Origin: Octopus sinensis
Lineage: Eukaryota
DNA length: 17,362 bases
Assembly (NCBI RefSeq): GCF_006345805.1
Contig: NW_021824891.1
Span: forward strand, 1 to 17,362
Direction: 5' to 3'
Shown: positions 17,059-17,362 of the stretch, one piece after another
How positions within the stretch are numbered: position 1 is the stretch's first letter
How the letters are laid out: each line of letters starts with the position of its first letter
The notes under the pieces: generated by a model
Databases searched by the model: none
Told to the model about the DNA's origin: nothing
The model's input: the letters and a program-made list of their open reading frames with translations, nothing else
Made by a program: the position numbers and the translations under genes

Positions 17059-17362
17059 CAGTTTTTAGCAACCATTTTTTATTTATGGACTCCATTGATT
17101 ACTATTTTATTCTGGTGGACCCCATAGTTATTTGATGTTTAAAAAACTAGTTTTATAGAAACTTCTTTCAAAATTCCTATTTTGTACATATATAGATAGG
17201 TTGAACTATGTAAAATGTTAGAGAAAAAAAAACTTAGCTGTTTCTTGCAATACATACCAATGCATACATCTAAAGCAAAATTTTTCCAGGGGCCCTTAAA
17301 ATACTACTGTGGATCCCCAACTTACTATTTAGTTCGTGGACCCCCAAAATCTTATATGGACC
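17059..17362. mobile_element. Probable non-autonomous DNA transposon (hAT/Charlie-like start) running off the window
   Basis: Starts CAGTTTTTAGCAACC (compare CAGTGGTTCTCAACC-type ends). Five TGGA(C/T)(C/T)CC motifs and a roughly 42-nt direct repeat at 17086-17128 / 17310-17350. The right end is not visible. Confidence 0.4.

Overview
Eukaryotic, AT-rich DNA packed with repeats. It is most likely intronic or intergenic octopus (coleoid cephalopod) sequence, judging by the dense microsatellites and by tRNA-derived SINE families I recall from octopus genomes (memory only, no database search). No host protein-coding gene is confidently supported: nearly all ORFs in the track are translations of microsatellites or SINEs. 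Identifiable content is four SINE families (12 copies or part-copies, labelled A-D here), an internally deleted Hsmar1/cecropia-like mariner with both TIRs, and a second mariner C-terminal remnant. There is also a decayed RTE-clade LINE ORF2 fragment, two probable HERO-like LINE 3' ends, two or three MITE-like elements and a 210-bp dispersed duplication. The most notable structures are: (1) a SINE insertion with a fold-back 27-bp perfect inverted duplication inside a 15-bp TSD; (2) six copies of an 18-nt motif GTGTTGGGAACRRGGTAA with unique spacers; (3) two hammerhead-ribozyme-like folds, one with a U3-A8 covariant core; (4) a stand-alone A-box/B-box/T8 Pol III-like cassette whose B-box module also sits inside a SINE; (5) a tandem multimer of a SINE A-box head; (6) a 72-bp-arm hairpin element flanked by TTAA. 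All alignments and folds were done by eye.
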